Assembly (NCBI GenBank): GCA_001029675.1
Contig: CP011210.1
Coordinates: 256,193 to 320,192 of the forward strand
Direction: 5' to 3'
Origin: Candidatus Beckwithbacteria bacterium GW2011_GWC1_49_16
Lineage (GTDB): Bacteria; Patescibacteriota; Microgenomatia; UBA1400; CG1-02-47-37
Length of the DNA stretch: 64,000 nt
The notes below the pieces were generated by a model, which worked only from the letters and a program-made list of their open reading frames with translations, did no database searches and was not told where the DNA came from. This document shows positions 17,371 to 25,198 of this stretch, piece by piece. The position numbers and the translations under genes are program-made. Numbering within the stretch: position 1 is the stretch's first letter; every line of letters starts with the position of its first letter.

Positions 17371-18099
17371 ATGAAGTTAAGTAAGACAAAGGTTTATATA
17401 GTGTTGCTGCTAATCAGCGGTTTATTGTGGTGGGGTGATGGACGAGAATATTTTGACTGGTTAAGGCGGCCGGCGGCAAGGATTTTTCAACCTTTACGGG
17501 CCAAGCTGTATCAAACCCAAATTAAGCCAGAGCCGGAAAGGGCGGAGAAGCTGCAACAGCAGTACGATTTGCTGACTGTCGAGGCAATGAAGTTAAGAGA
17601 AGAAAACGAAAGTTTAAGAAAGCTTTTGGGGGCAAATTTACCGGCGTCGATGGCTTTTATCCCGGCTAAAATTTTAAAGCTTGATGAAGACGAAATCCGG
17701 CTTGATGTCGGCAGTGACCAGGGGGTCAAGACAGGCCAGACGGTGATCGGCGACGGGGCGCTTGTCGGTCAAGTGGTGGAGGTGACGGCGACCGAGGCGG
17801 TGGTGAGATTGCTTTTGAGCCAAGACAGCCGGGTCTTGGCGGTGACGGCCGGCGGGGCAGAGGGAGTGGTAGCGGGGTATTTGGCAGAGGCGGGGTTGAG
17901 ATTGACAGAGGTTTTAAACAAACATGAATTAAATCAGGGAGAGCTGGTGGTGAGTAAAGGAGGAGACGGGGTTAGGCCCGATTTGGGCATCGGCAGGGTG
18001 GCCGAGGTGTTCAAAGAGGACAGGCAAGTGTATCAGGAAGCCAAATTGGCCCCGATAGTTGATGTTTTAAGCTTAAATCAGGTGTTTGTGATCCGGTAA
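17371..18099 (+). CDS. mreC: Rod shape-determining protein MreC
   Basis: TM, coiled coil (LREENESLRKLL), LDVGSDQGVKTGQTV, LVGQV; follows mreB. Confidence 0.9.
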   Translation: MKLSKTKVYIVLLLISGLLWWGDGREYFDWLRRPAARIFQPLRAKLYQTQIKPEPERAEKLQQQYDLLTVEAMKLREENESLRKLLGANLPASMAFIPAKILKLDEDEIRLDVGSDQGVKTGQTVIGDGALVGQVVEVTATEAVVRLLLSQDSRVLAVTAGGAEGVVAGYLAEAGLRLTEVLNKHELNQGELVVSKGGDGVRPDLGIGRVAEVFKEDRQVYQEAKLAPIVDVLSLNQVFVIR

Positions 18100-18101
18100 G
18101 C

Positions 18102-18407
18102 CTACTGACCTAAAATCATCTCCATGCCCTGGCGGTGAAGGTCGAGGATGGCGTCGACTTTTTGGGTAAAACTCAATGGTTCGGCGCCGATTTGCTTGAT
18201 GGTAAGTTGGTTGAGGCCGGAGTTTGCCGGTTGGTCGGCGGGATAATCAAGCTCGTCGGCTAAAGGGTCGGGAGGGATAGCTTCTTCGATTAAAATGGCG
18301 TTTATGGCCGGCAAAGACGAGGGGACGATGAGGATGGGGTAAGCCAAATAAATGAACATGAGAGTCAAGATGAAGACCAACGAACGCCAGAGGATCCTTA
18401 AAGACAT
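18102..18407 (-). CDS. Small membrane-anchored hypothetical protein
   Basis: N-terminal TM; own TGATATACT -10 9 nt upstream; antisense insert between mreC and mreD. Confidence 0.6.
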   Translation of the reverse strand: MSLRILWRSLVFILTLMFIYLAYPILIVPSSLPAINAILIEEAIPPDPLADELDYPADQPANSGLNQLTIKQIGAEPLSFTQKVDAILDLHRQGMEMILGQ

Positions 18408-18432
18408 AACTGAAATAGTATATCATGGGGTC

Positions 18433-18705
18433 ATGGAACGAATTAGGCTGATTATTTGGTTGTTGGCGATATCATTAATGGTGCTTCAAACCAGTGTTGT
18501 TGGTGGCAATTGGCTGTGGTTGGTGGTGGCGTGGTGGGGGGCGCGGGGAGATTTTTTGGAGATTTTTTTGGCAGGACTAGCTTTGGATTTAATCGGCGGC
18601 ACCAGGCTGGGAGTAACCAGCTTAGAGTTTCTGGGAGGGGGCTTGGTGGTTTATTTTGCGGCAAGATGGGTGAGGCAGCCCGACTATGGCAAGTTTGGTT
18701 TTTAA
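18433..18705 (+). CDS. mreD: Short MreD-like membrane protein
   Basis: FLAGLALDLIGGTRLGVTSL resembles the MreD G.L.D...G..LG motif; lies between mreC and mrdA. Confidence 0.6.
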   Translation: MERIRLIIWLLAISLMVLQTSVVGGNWLWLVVAWWGARGDFLEIFLAGLALDLIGGTRLGVTSLEFLGGGLVVYFAARWVRQPDYGKFGF

Positions 18706-20125
18706 GTGGTTTGAAGCGGCTTTGGTGGCCGTTTTTATGGTCTTGGTCGGCAGGGTGATGGTGCTGACGGTATGGGAGGGAAGTTACTATCGGGAATTGG
18801 CTGAAGGCAACCGGGTCGAGGTGGTCGACCTGCCGGCGGACCGGGGAGTGATGTATGACAGAAATGGAGTCCAGCTAGTCAGGAATACGCCGGAAGGCAG
18901 GGAATACATTTTTGGCAAAGCCCTGGCCCACGTTTTGGGGCACGTGGGGGAGATTAGCCAATTCGAGGGGGACACCGTGGGCAAGGTGGGACTGGAAAAG
19001 GAGTACGACGCGGTTTTATCAGGACAAGACGGGGCCTTGTTAGTAGAAAAGGACGCCGAGGGCAAGCTGGTCAGGGAAGTGGGCCGGAAAGACCCGGTGG
19101 CGGGAGAGAGTTTAGAGTTGACTGTGGATGTTTCTTTGCAGCAGAAAGCCTTTCAGGTTTTGGCGGGAAGATTAGGAGCGGTGATAGCTAGCGACTCTCA
19201 AACCGGAGAAATTTTGGCCTTGGTTTCTGGCCCGGCGTTTGACCCGAATAAAGTGGAGGAGGCTTTGGCTGATTCCAAATTGCCTTTGTTTGACCGGGCG
19301 ACTTCGGGTGAGTACCCGCCCGGTTCGGTTTTTAAAGTGGTGACGGCGACTGCCGGTTTGGAGGAGGGTCGGGTAAACGAGTCGACCCAAATCGAGGATA
19401 CGGGGGAGATCGTCATCGGCGACTTTCGCTACGGCAACTGGTACTACGATCAGTACGGCAGGAAAGAGGGCCTGCTTAATATTGTCAGGGCTATCGCCCG
19501 AAGTAACGACATCTTTTTTTACAAAATGGGTGAAGCTTTAGGGATTACCGCCCTGTCTGACTGGGCCAAATACTTTGGAGTCGGCCGGGCGGTGGGAATA
19601 GATTTACCGGGCGAGGCCAACGGCCTGATGCCGGATCCTGACTGGAAACAAAAATATATCGGGGAAAGCTGGTACCTGGGCGATACCTATATTTCTGCCA
19701 TAGGCCAGGGGAATATCTTGATGACACCTTTACAAGTCAACCAAATGATGAGCATTGTTGCCAGCGGCGGCCGCTGGTGCCGGCCTCACCTGGTAAAGTC
19801 CGAAACCAACTGTCAGAAGTTGGACATCAGTAACAAAACCATTGCTACGGTGACCGAGGGGTTAAAGCAAGTCACCGAGACCGGCGGGACGGCCTGGCCG
19901 TTTTTCGACTTTACGGTTGATGGCGAAAGAATCTTGGTGGCGGGTAAGACCGGCACGGCCGAGTACGGCGATCCGGATGATAAAACTCACGCCTGGTTTA
20001 CCGCTTTTGCGCCCGCCGATGAGCCGGAAATTGTGGTGACCGTTTTATTGGAAGGGGCGGGCGAGGGGTCAAACGAAGCCGCGCCGGTGGCCAAAGAATT
20101 ACTCGCGGAGTGGTTTAGGCGTTAG
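18686..20125 (+). CDS. mrdA: Penicillin-binding protein 2 (class B, compact)
   Basis: RGVMYDRNG, PGSVFK (SxxK), SND (SxN variant) and AGKTGTAE motifs. Confidence 0.9.
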   Translation: MASLVFKWFEAALVAVFMVLVGRVMVLTVWEGSYYRELAEGNRVEVVDLPADRGVMYDRNGVQLVRNTPEGREYIFGKALAHVLGHVGEISQFEGDTVGKVGLEKEYDAVLSGQDGALLVEKDAEGKLVREVGRKDPVAGESLELTVDVSLQQKAFQVLAGRLGAVIASDSQTGEILALVSGPAFDPNKVEEALADSKLPLFDRATSGEYPPGSVFKVVTATAGLEEGRVNESTQIEDTGEIVIGDFRYGNWYYDQYGRKEGLLNIVRAIARSNDIFFYKMGEALGITALSDWAKYFGVGRAVGIDLPGEANGLMPDPDWKQKYIGESWYLGDTYISAIGQGNILMTPLQVNQMMSIVASGGRWCRPHLVKSETNCQKLDISNKTIATVTEGLKQVTETGGTAWPFFDFTVDGERILVAGKTGTAEYGDPDDKTHAWFTAFAPADEPEIVVTVLLEGAGEGSNEAAPVAKELLAEWFRR

Positions 20126-21867
20126 CGGTTTTTGCAGTATTTTAAGCACAGGGTGGGGTTGGGGGCGGTGCGACAAAGGTCTTGGCAATTTAGTGTGGTT
20201 GGTGGAGGAGTTGGGCTGGGACTGGGTGAGGGCGAGGGATACGGGTCAGGCGGGGGTGGGTTGTCAGCCTCAGGAAGATAGTCGGGGAAGGCGGTGGCCT
20301 CTTTCAGATTTAAGATATATTTCCACCAGTTGTTGAGCCGGGATGCGGTTGAGCCGGAGACCCTGGGTAAATGGCTAAACCAGTATTTATGAAAGTCGTA
20401 GCCGCTGCAGTTCCAGGCTTGGCAGTTTAAGTTTTGTTTGGCTTCGGTTAAGTCGGGATAGTTGACCCAGTCCTGACAGGTGCTTGGAACATAGGTTTGG
20501 TTGCTCCAGTCGTAGTCGGTAACCGAGTTGGGAGCGTAATGAATTGAACCGCAACCGCTGTAGTCGTAGTTCGGAGATTGAGCTTTTACTAAGGCGAATT
20601 TGTCCCAGTCATGGGCGGTGCGGTTTTGTGCCCAGCCGCCAAATGCTTGGGTTAGGGCCGACTCGGCCCTGTGGCCAAAACTTTCCAATGCCTCGTTGAT
20701 TTGTCTTTGGTAATTAAGGCCCATGATGGGCAGTTGACGTTGGCAGCCGGTGCCAGCCAGGGGGGGTGAGTTGTACCAAAAGGTGTCGGGTCCGGCCAGG
20801 CGAGATTCGTAAAAGCCAAACCAGGGTCCACCCCAAATCCAAAGCTCGTCTATTTGATTATCATTGACTCGATCGCAGATGTTGAATTGATCAAGGATTT
20901 TTAGATAATCTGCGGTGGCCGCGTCACAGTTGCCTTGAGCCATACAATCAAGGTAACTCTCGTCGGTAAAGTCAAAGCCGGATTCTTTTACTGGGAAGTC
21001 ATCGATGTCTTGCCAGTTGACGATTTGGTAGTTGACGTAGTAGTCGCTGACGGTTTTAAAATCTTGAACCAGCTGGTTGGTTAATTGTTGAGGGTCCTGC
21101 CAGTTATAGTAGTCATAGAGTTTGACTTTATCCTGACTTTCTAAAATTGGTCGGTAGTTGAGAACAACAACCTTGGTAGCTGTGGCTTGGTTGGGGCCCT
21201 GGATAGTGATGATTAGTTTGGCCGCCTTTTCTTCCTCCCGTTCGTAAGCATAGACCCGGCGGATGGTGGCAGATTGAGAGTCAAGAATGATGGTGAGGTT
21301 ATTGCCGGCTTGCCAGTCGGCTTGGTCGACGATTTCTTGAATCACCGGGGCAAGATCGGGAGTAGTTTTGGTGGTGTTAAAGTCCCAGTTGTCGGTGATG
21401 GTCCAGGCAGAGGTGTTGGTGGTGGGAGTTAAGTCTTTGGGTTGACGGCTGGTGCTTAAGGGGGTGGAGTCGGCGGTAGCTTCGGCGGCGATGGTAACGT
21501 TTAGGGGGTCGGTATAAGGGCCGTCGACGGTAAACTGCAAATGAGCCGAGACTACTTGGGAGCCTTGAATTATGGGGAGATTTTCGAAGCGGAAAGCGGC
21601 GGTGTATTGAGTATCGGGGCAGTTAGGGTCAGCTCCGAGGTAAATTTCGTTTCTGGTTTGGGAGTAGTCGCAGCCGGAGGTGGCGTCGTTGGCGCCAGAG
21701 TTTATCTGAAGCCGGTGGTCGGCGTTGATCACTTGGGAGGACCCCGTTTGGTAAATGGTGGGTTCGTTCCGAAACAACCCCAGACTGATGCCGGCAAGCG
21801 GGGCGACAAAAAAGATGAAGATTAAGGAGCTAAAGTAAAACTTTTGAAAATAGGAGAGCTTTTCCAG
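20122..21867 (-). CDS. Surface/secreted protein: TM, DNRLRE-like beta domain, unknown domain, Pro-rich linker, 4-Cys tail
   Basis: Frame stays open upstream of the tracked TTG (21777) and includes the TM segment. The CTG at 21867 lies 7 nt after TTGACA-18-TAGATT. Confidence 0.75.
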   Translation of the reverse strand: MEKLSYFQKFYFSSLIFIFFVAPLAGISLGLFRNEPTIYQTGSSQVINADHRLQINSGANDATSGCDYSQTRNEIYLGADPNCPDTQYTAAFRFENLPIIQGSQVVSAHLQFTVDGPYTDPLNVTIAAEATADSTPLSTSRQPKDLTPTTNTSAWTITDNWDFNTTKTTPDLAPVIQEIVDQADWQAGNNLTIILDSQSATIRRVYAYEREEEKAAKLIITIQGPNQATATKVVVLNYRPILESQDKVKLYDYYNWQDPQQLTNQLVQDFKTVSDYYVNYQIVNWQDIDDFPVKESGFDFTDESYLDCMAQGNCDAATADYLKILDQFNICDRVNDNQIDELWIWGGPWFGFYESRLAGPDTFWYNSPPLAGTGCQRQLPIMGLNYQRQINEALESFGHRAESALTQAFGGWAQNRTAHDWDKFALVKAQSPNYDYSGCGSIHYAPNSVTDYDWSNQTYVPSTCQDWVNYPDLTEAKQNLNCQAWNCSGYDFHKYWFSHLPRVSGSTASRLNNWWKYILNLKEATAFPDYLPEADNPPPPDPYPSPSPSPSPTPPPTTLNCQDLCRTAPNPTLCLKYCKNR

Positions 21868-21910
21868 ATAGTTTAATCTAGCGTGAAAAGAGGACGGGTG
21901 TCAAGTAAGG

Positions 21911-23572
21911 CTAGCGGCAGTATCGAAGACACAACGTGGGGTTGGGGGTTTGTTGGCAGATTTGTTGACAGTTGGAGGAAGAAGGTGACGGAGTGGGCGT
22001 AGGTGTGGGTGAAAGGTAGGGGGTGGGGGAAGGTGTGGGTGTGGGGGAAGGGTTAGGTATCGGGGTGGGAAGAGGCAAGTCGGCTCTAAAAAGATGGACG
22101 TTGTAAGGGTTAAAAGTGGAGGTGGTGAAGTAAAAGCCCTGGCCGTTACCAACCATCAGGTTCTGATGGCTGAAGGCGCCGTAACAAGTGGGCAGGTTGC
22201 TTTGGCAATCTAGAAGAGTTTGGGGTGGGCTCCAAGGTCCCCAGAGGTTTTTGGCGGTAGTGAGCACCAGTTGGGCCGCTTGAGGGTTTAAGTAGCTGGC
22301 CTGCCAGAGGGAAAGATAAGGGTTGAAAACGACCGAGATTTCTCCGACCGGGTGGAAAGAAATGATAAAGCTGGCGTTTTGTTCTTGGTTAATCCACAGG
22401 CAATCGTTGGAGTCGGTCAGCTGGCAGAATTGGTAGGCGCTTGAGTCGGTGAGGTCGCCAGCGACGCGGGCTAGTTTGGCAAAGCCGGTTCTGCCGGCCG
22501 GAAGGCCAAAGAGGTAAATATATTCCGACGAGGGTGGTTTGACCGGGTAGATTTGGATAAAGTTTGAGTCAGAGCCGAAAAGGTTGTCGTGGCGGGTGAA
22601 GCTGGCGCCGTCGTTTTCGGAAACGGCCACGCCAGAAAAGTTTGCCTGCCAGTATCCGGGTTCGCCCCAACTTTTGACCGATTGGTAGAAGGCAAAGATT
22701 TTATTATCGTCAGATATGGCCCCGGTGGGAATCAAAGTAACTTCAGCGGCAAAGGTTTTGGAAGGGATGGCCTGTTTGACCTTTTTGTTTGCCAGAAGGT
22801 CAAAAATATGGTTTGACCGGGCGACGGTTTCTTGGTAGATGGCTTCAAACTGGGTGGCGGTGTCTTTGGCCCAGAGGTAATGGGCTTGGTAATCGAGATA
22901 GTCGCGGGCGCGGGTGGCCGGGTCATCGGGATTTTGGAAGGCAAAGCCGAGCAGGTTGAATCTAACGGCGGTTTTGGCGTAATAGGCGGCCAGCTGATCA
23001 GGCCCCTGGTTTTGATAAAAGGTAAGGATCTTTTTGAATTTACGGTTTAGCTCACCGGTTAAAACCGAAACTTCCTGGGTTCGGGACCATTGGTAGTAAA
23101 ACGAGTAGTTATCAAAGATGAGCTTGTCGATATCTTGGTTGGAGCTTTTTTCTTCTTCGGCTTGAATGACTGATTCCCGGGCGAAAAAGTCGGCCGGGTT
23201 TTTGTAGAGGTTTTGGGCGGTGATAAAGCTTAATTTTAGACAATCTTCCGGATCAGTATCCCGGGTAAAGGCTAAGATATTGGCCAGGTCGCTTTTGGGC
23301 TGATCCTGGCTTAAGTTGGTGTCGCCGAAGATAAAGTAAAGTTTATCTTTATGGGAGAAGCTGATGCCCAAATCGGTGCCTTTGACATTGGTAACGTTGG
23401 TGTTGTTGACGCCGGTTAACTGGCAGATTTGTTGGGTGGTGAAGGCTTCGGCCGCCGTCGCCCCCGGGATAGCCTGGTAGATTGCCGGCTCCGGGCGGCT
23501 TAAGAATACCGAGACGGGTCCCAAAACTAAAAAGGAAGCAAGAAAGAGTAAGAAAGATTTGTACTTAGCCAT
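21911..23572 (-). CDS. Surface/secreted DUF4185-like (beta-propeller) protein with Pro-rich linker and 4-Cys tail
   Basis: GTDLG...LYFIFGDT, IPTGAI, GEISVVFNPYL, WGPWS and YGAF motifs characteristic of DUF4185. Confidence 0.75.
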   Translation of the reverse strand: MAKYKSFLLFLASFLVLGPVSVFLSRPEPAIYQAIPGATAAEAFTTQQICQLTGVNNTNVTNVKGTDLGISFSHKDKLYFIFGDTNLSQDQPKSDLANILAFTRDTDPEDCLKLSFITAQNLYKNPADFFARESVIQAEEEKSSNQDIDKLIFDNYSFYYQWSRTQEVSVLTGELNRKFKKILTFYQNQGPDQLAAYYAKTAVRFNLLGFAFQNPDDPATRARDYLDYQAHYLWAKDTATQFEAIYQETVARSNHIFDLLANKKVKQAIPSKTFAAEVTLIPTGAISDDNKIFAFYQSVKSWGEPGYWQANFSGVAVSENDGASFTRHDNLFGSDSNFIQIYPVKPPSSEYIYLFGLPAGRTGFAKLARVAGDLTDSSAYQFCQLTDSNDCLWINQEQNASFIISFHPVGEISVVFNPYLSLWQASYLNPQAAQLVLTTAKNLWGPWSPPQTLLDCQSNLPTCYGAFSHQNLMVGNGQGFYFTTSTFNPYNVHLFRADLPLPTPIPNPSPTPTPSPTPYLSPTPTPTPSPSSSNCQQICQQTPNPTLCLRYCR

Positions 23573-23599
23573 GAAATCAGGATATAGTGAAGGTTAGGC

Positions 23600-24478
23600 A
23601 TGAGTCAAGACGAGCTCAAGTACTGGGTGGGGGTGGCCGGGTTTGCCGGCATGGGGATAAAGCGGTTTACACTACTTAAAAAATACTTCGGGTCGGTGGA
23701 AGCGATTTGGCAGGCGTCGACAGGTAAACTAATATCTTTGGGAATAAAACCGGAAATGGCTAAAAGTTGGCAGGTGTGGCGCGAGGGCCGCGATCTCGAT
23801 CGGGAGATAGAAAGGTTGGGTAAGGAACTGATTAAAGTTATTACCATTGAAGATAGCAGGTACCCTAAACTATTAAAAGAGATTGACTTACCGCCATTTA
23901 TCTTGTTTGTTAAAGGTAAGGTAAACGTCCTAAACAGGCGGGCGGTAGCGGTGGTGGGGACGAGAAAGGTCAGCAGTTACGGCCGGAGGGTAACGGGTGG
24001 TCTGGTTAGTGGTTTAGTCAAAGAAAAACTGGTAGTGGTGTCGGGTTTGGCGCGGGGGGTGGACAGTTTGGCCCATCGGGCCACTTTGGCCGCCCGCGGA
24101 GTGACGGTGGCGGTTTTGGGGCACGGTTTAGACCGGGTCTATCCGCCTGAGAATCGACCTCTGGCAGAAGAGATCGTTCGCTCTGGTGGAGCCATCGTCA
24201 GTGAGTACCCCTTGGGTTATGGGATTCAAAAAGGCAATTTTCCGGCCCGAAACAGGATTGTGGCCGGTTTAAGTCTGGGAGTGGTGGTGACCGAGGGGGC
24301 GCACCGCAGCGGCACCAAGATCACGGCCGGTTTTGCGGCAGACTTCGGCCGCGAGGTTTTTGCCGTACCCGGGCCGGTAGGCAGTCCGACGTCCGTCGGA
24401 CCGGCAGATTTGATTAAACAGGGGGCAAAATTGGTGACGGGGGTCGAGGACGTTTTAGAGGAGTTGCCGCGGGGTTGA
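23600..24478 (+). CDS. dprA: DNA-processing protein DprA
   Basis: AVVGTRK.S.YG, VSGLARGVD, FPARNRIVAGLS and GREVFAVPG motifs. Confidence 0.95.
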   Translation: MSQDELKYWVGVAGFAGMGIKRFTLLKKYFGSVEAIWQASTGKLISLGIKPEMAKSWQVWREGRDLDREIERLGKELIKVITIEDSRYPKLLKEIDLPPFILFVKGKVNVLNRRAVAVVGTRKVSSYGRRVTGGLVSGLVKEKLVVVSGLARGVDSLAHRATLAARGVTVAVLGHGLDRVYPPENRPLAEEIVRSGGAIVSEYPLGYGIQKGNFPARNRIVAGLSLGVVVTEGAHRSGTKITAGFAADFGREVFAVPGPVGSPTSVGPADLIKQGAKLVTGVEDVLEELPRG

Positions 24479-24504
24479 CAACATGTTATACAACATGTTA
24501 TATT
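24475..24504 (+). promoter_or_regulatory. Sigma-70 promoter with tandem operator for the TA operon
   Basis: TTGACA (24475) and TATATT (24499); CAACATGTTATA repeated at 24479 and 24491, each containing the palindrome AACATGTT. Confidence 0.75.
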
Positions 24505-24511
24505 AGGCTAT

Positions 24512-24781
24512 ATGTTAAAGACTTATCTTTACGTGCCAGACGAATTAAATCGTGAAGTCGAAGCTTTGGCTACGGCCGGTAAGACCAGCAAGGCGGCGGT
24601 GATCAGAAGTGCGCTTGATGCAGGAGTGAAAATGCTCAAGAGAAAAAAGACTGGTTCTGTGGAGGTTTTAAACCGAATAGCCGAGATTGGCAGAAAATAT
24701 AATCTTAAAGGGCCAAAGGATGCTTCTGCTAAGATGAATGAGTACCTCTGGGATAAAGATTGGAACAAAAAGGATGAATAA
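24512..24781 (+). CDS. CopG/RHH-family antitoxin
   Basis: KTYLYVPDEL....E.LA.....SKAAVIR.AL RHH pattern; overlaps the PIN gene. Confidence 0.8.
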   Translation: MLKTYLYVPDELNREVEALATAGKTSKAAVIRSALDAGVKMLKRKKTGSVEVLNRIAEIGRKYNLKGPKDASAKMNEYLWDKDWNKKDE

Positions 24782-25196
24782 ACAAACTTTGGTGGTGGGG
24801 GACGCAGATTCGATCGTGGCGCGAGCTAATCCCAACGACCTGAAGCACCAGGAAGCTAAAAAGATTACCGATAGACTTAGTGATTTGGAAGCCCAGCTTA
24901 TTTATCCTGTTACCGCTGTGGTTGAGGCGGTAACGTTTATTCAGCGAGCTTTAAATAGTGGGGCAACCGCTTATGGGACAGCGGTGGAGTTTATCGAGTC
25001 GGGGCAAGTGGCAGAGGTAGATGAAGAGATTTATTCCAGGGCCGTTAACGATTTTTTTGACGCCAGTGTCAGCAAACAGGATACTCTATTTGATTGTATC
25101 GTGGCTGCGGTGGCCAAGAAATACGGAGCGGAGGCGATTTTCAGTTTTGATAAGTTTTACCAAAAACACGGGTTTAAGTTGGCGTCAGAGCTGTAA
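24774..25196 (+). CDS. PIN-domain (VapC-type) toxin
   Basis: VGDADSI, E in VVEAVT, TLFDC and IFSFDKFY PIN acidic tetrad. Confidence 0.85.
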   Translation: MNKQTLVVGDADSIVARANPNDLKHQEAKKITDRLSDLEAQLIYPVTAVVEAVTFIQRALNSGATAYGTAVEFIESGQVAEVDEEIYSRAVNDFFDASVSKQDTLFDCIVAAVAKKYGAEAIFSFDKFYQKHGFKLASEL

Positions 25197-25198
25197 AG

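Noticed and set aside
21975-22075. GGTGTGGG/GGGGT-type repeats (also about 20195-20260)
   Set aside because: Explained by Pro-Thr/Pro-Ser linker codons on the minus strand.
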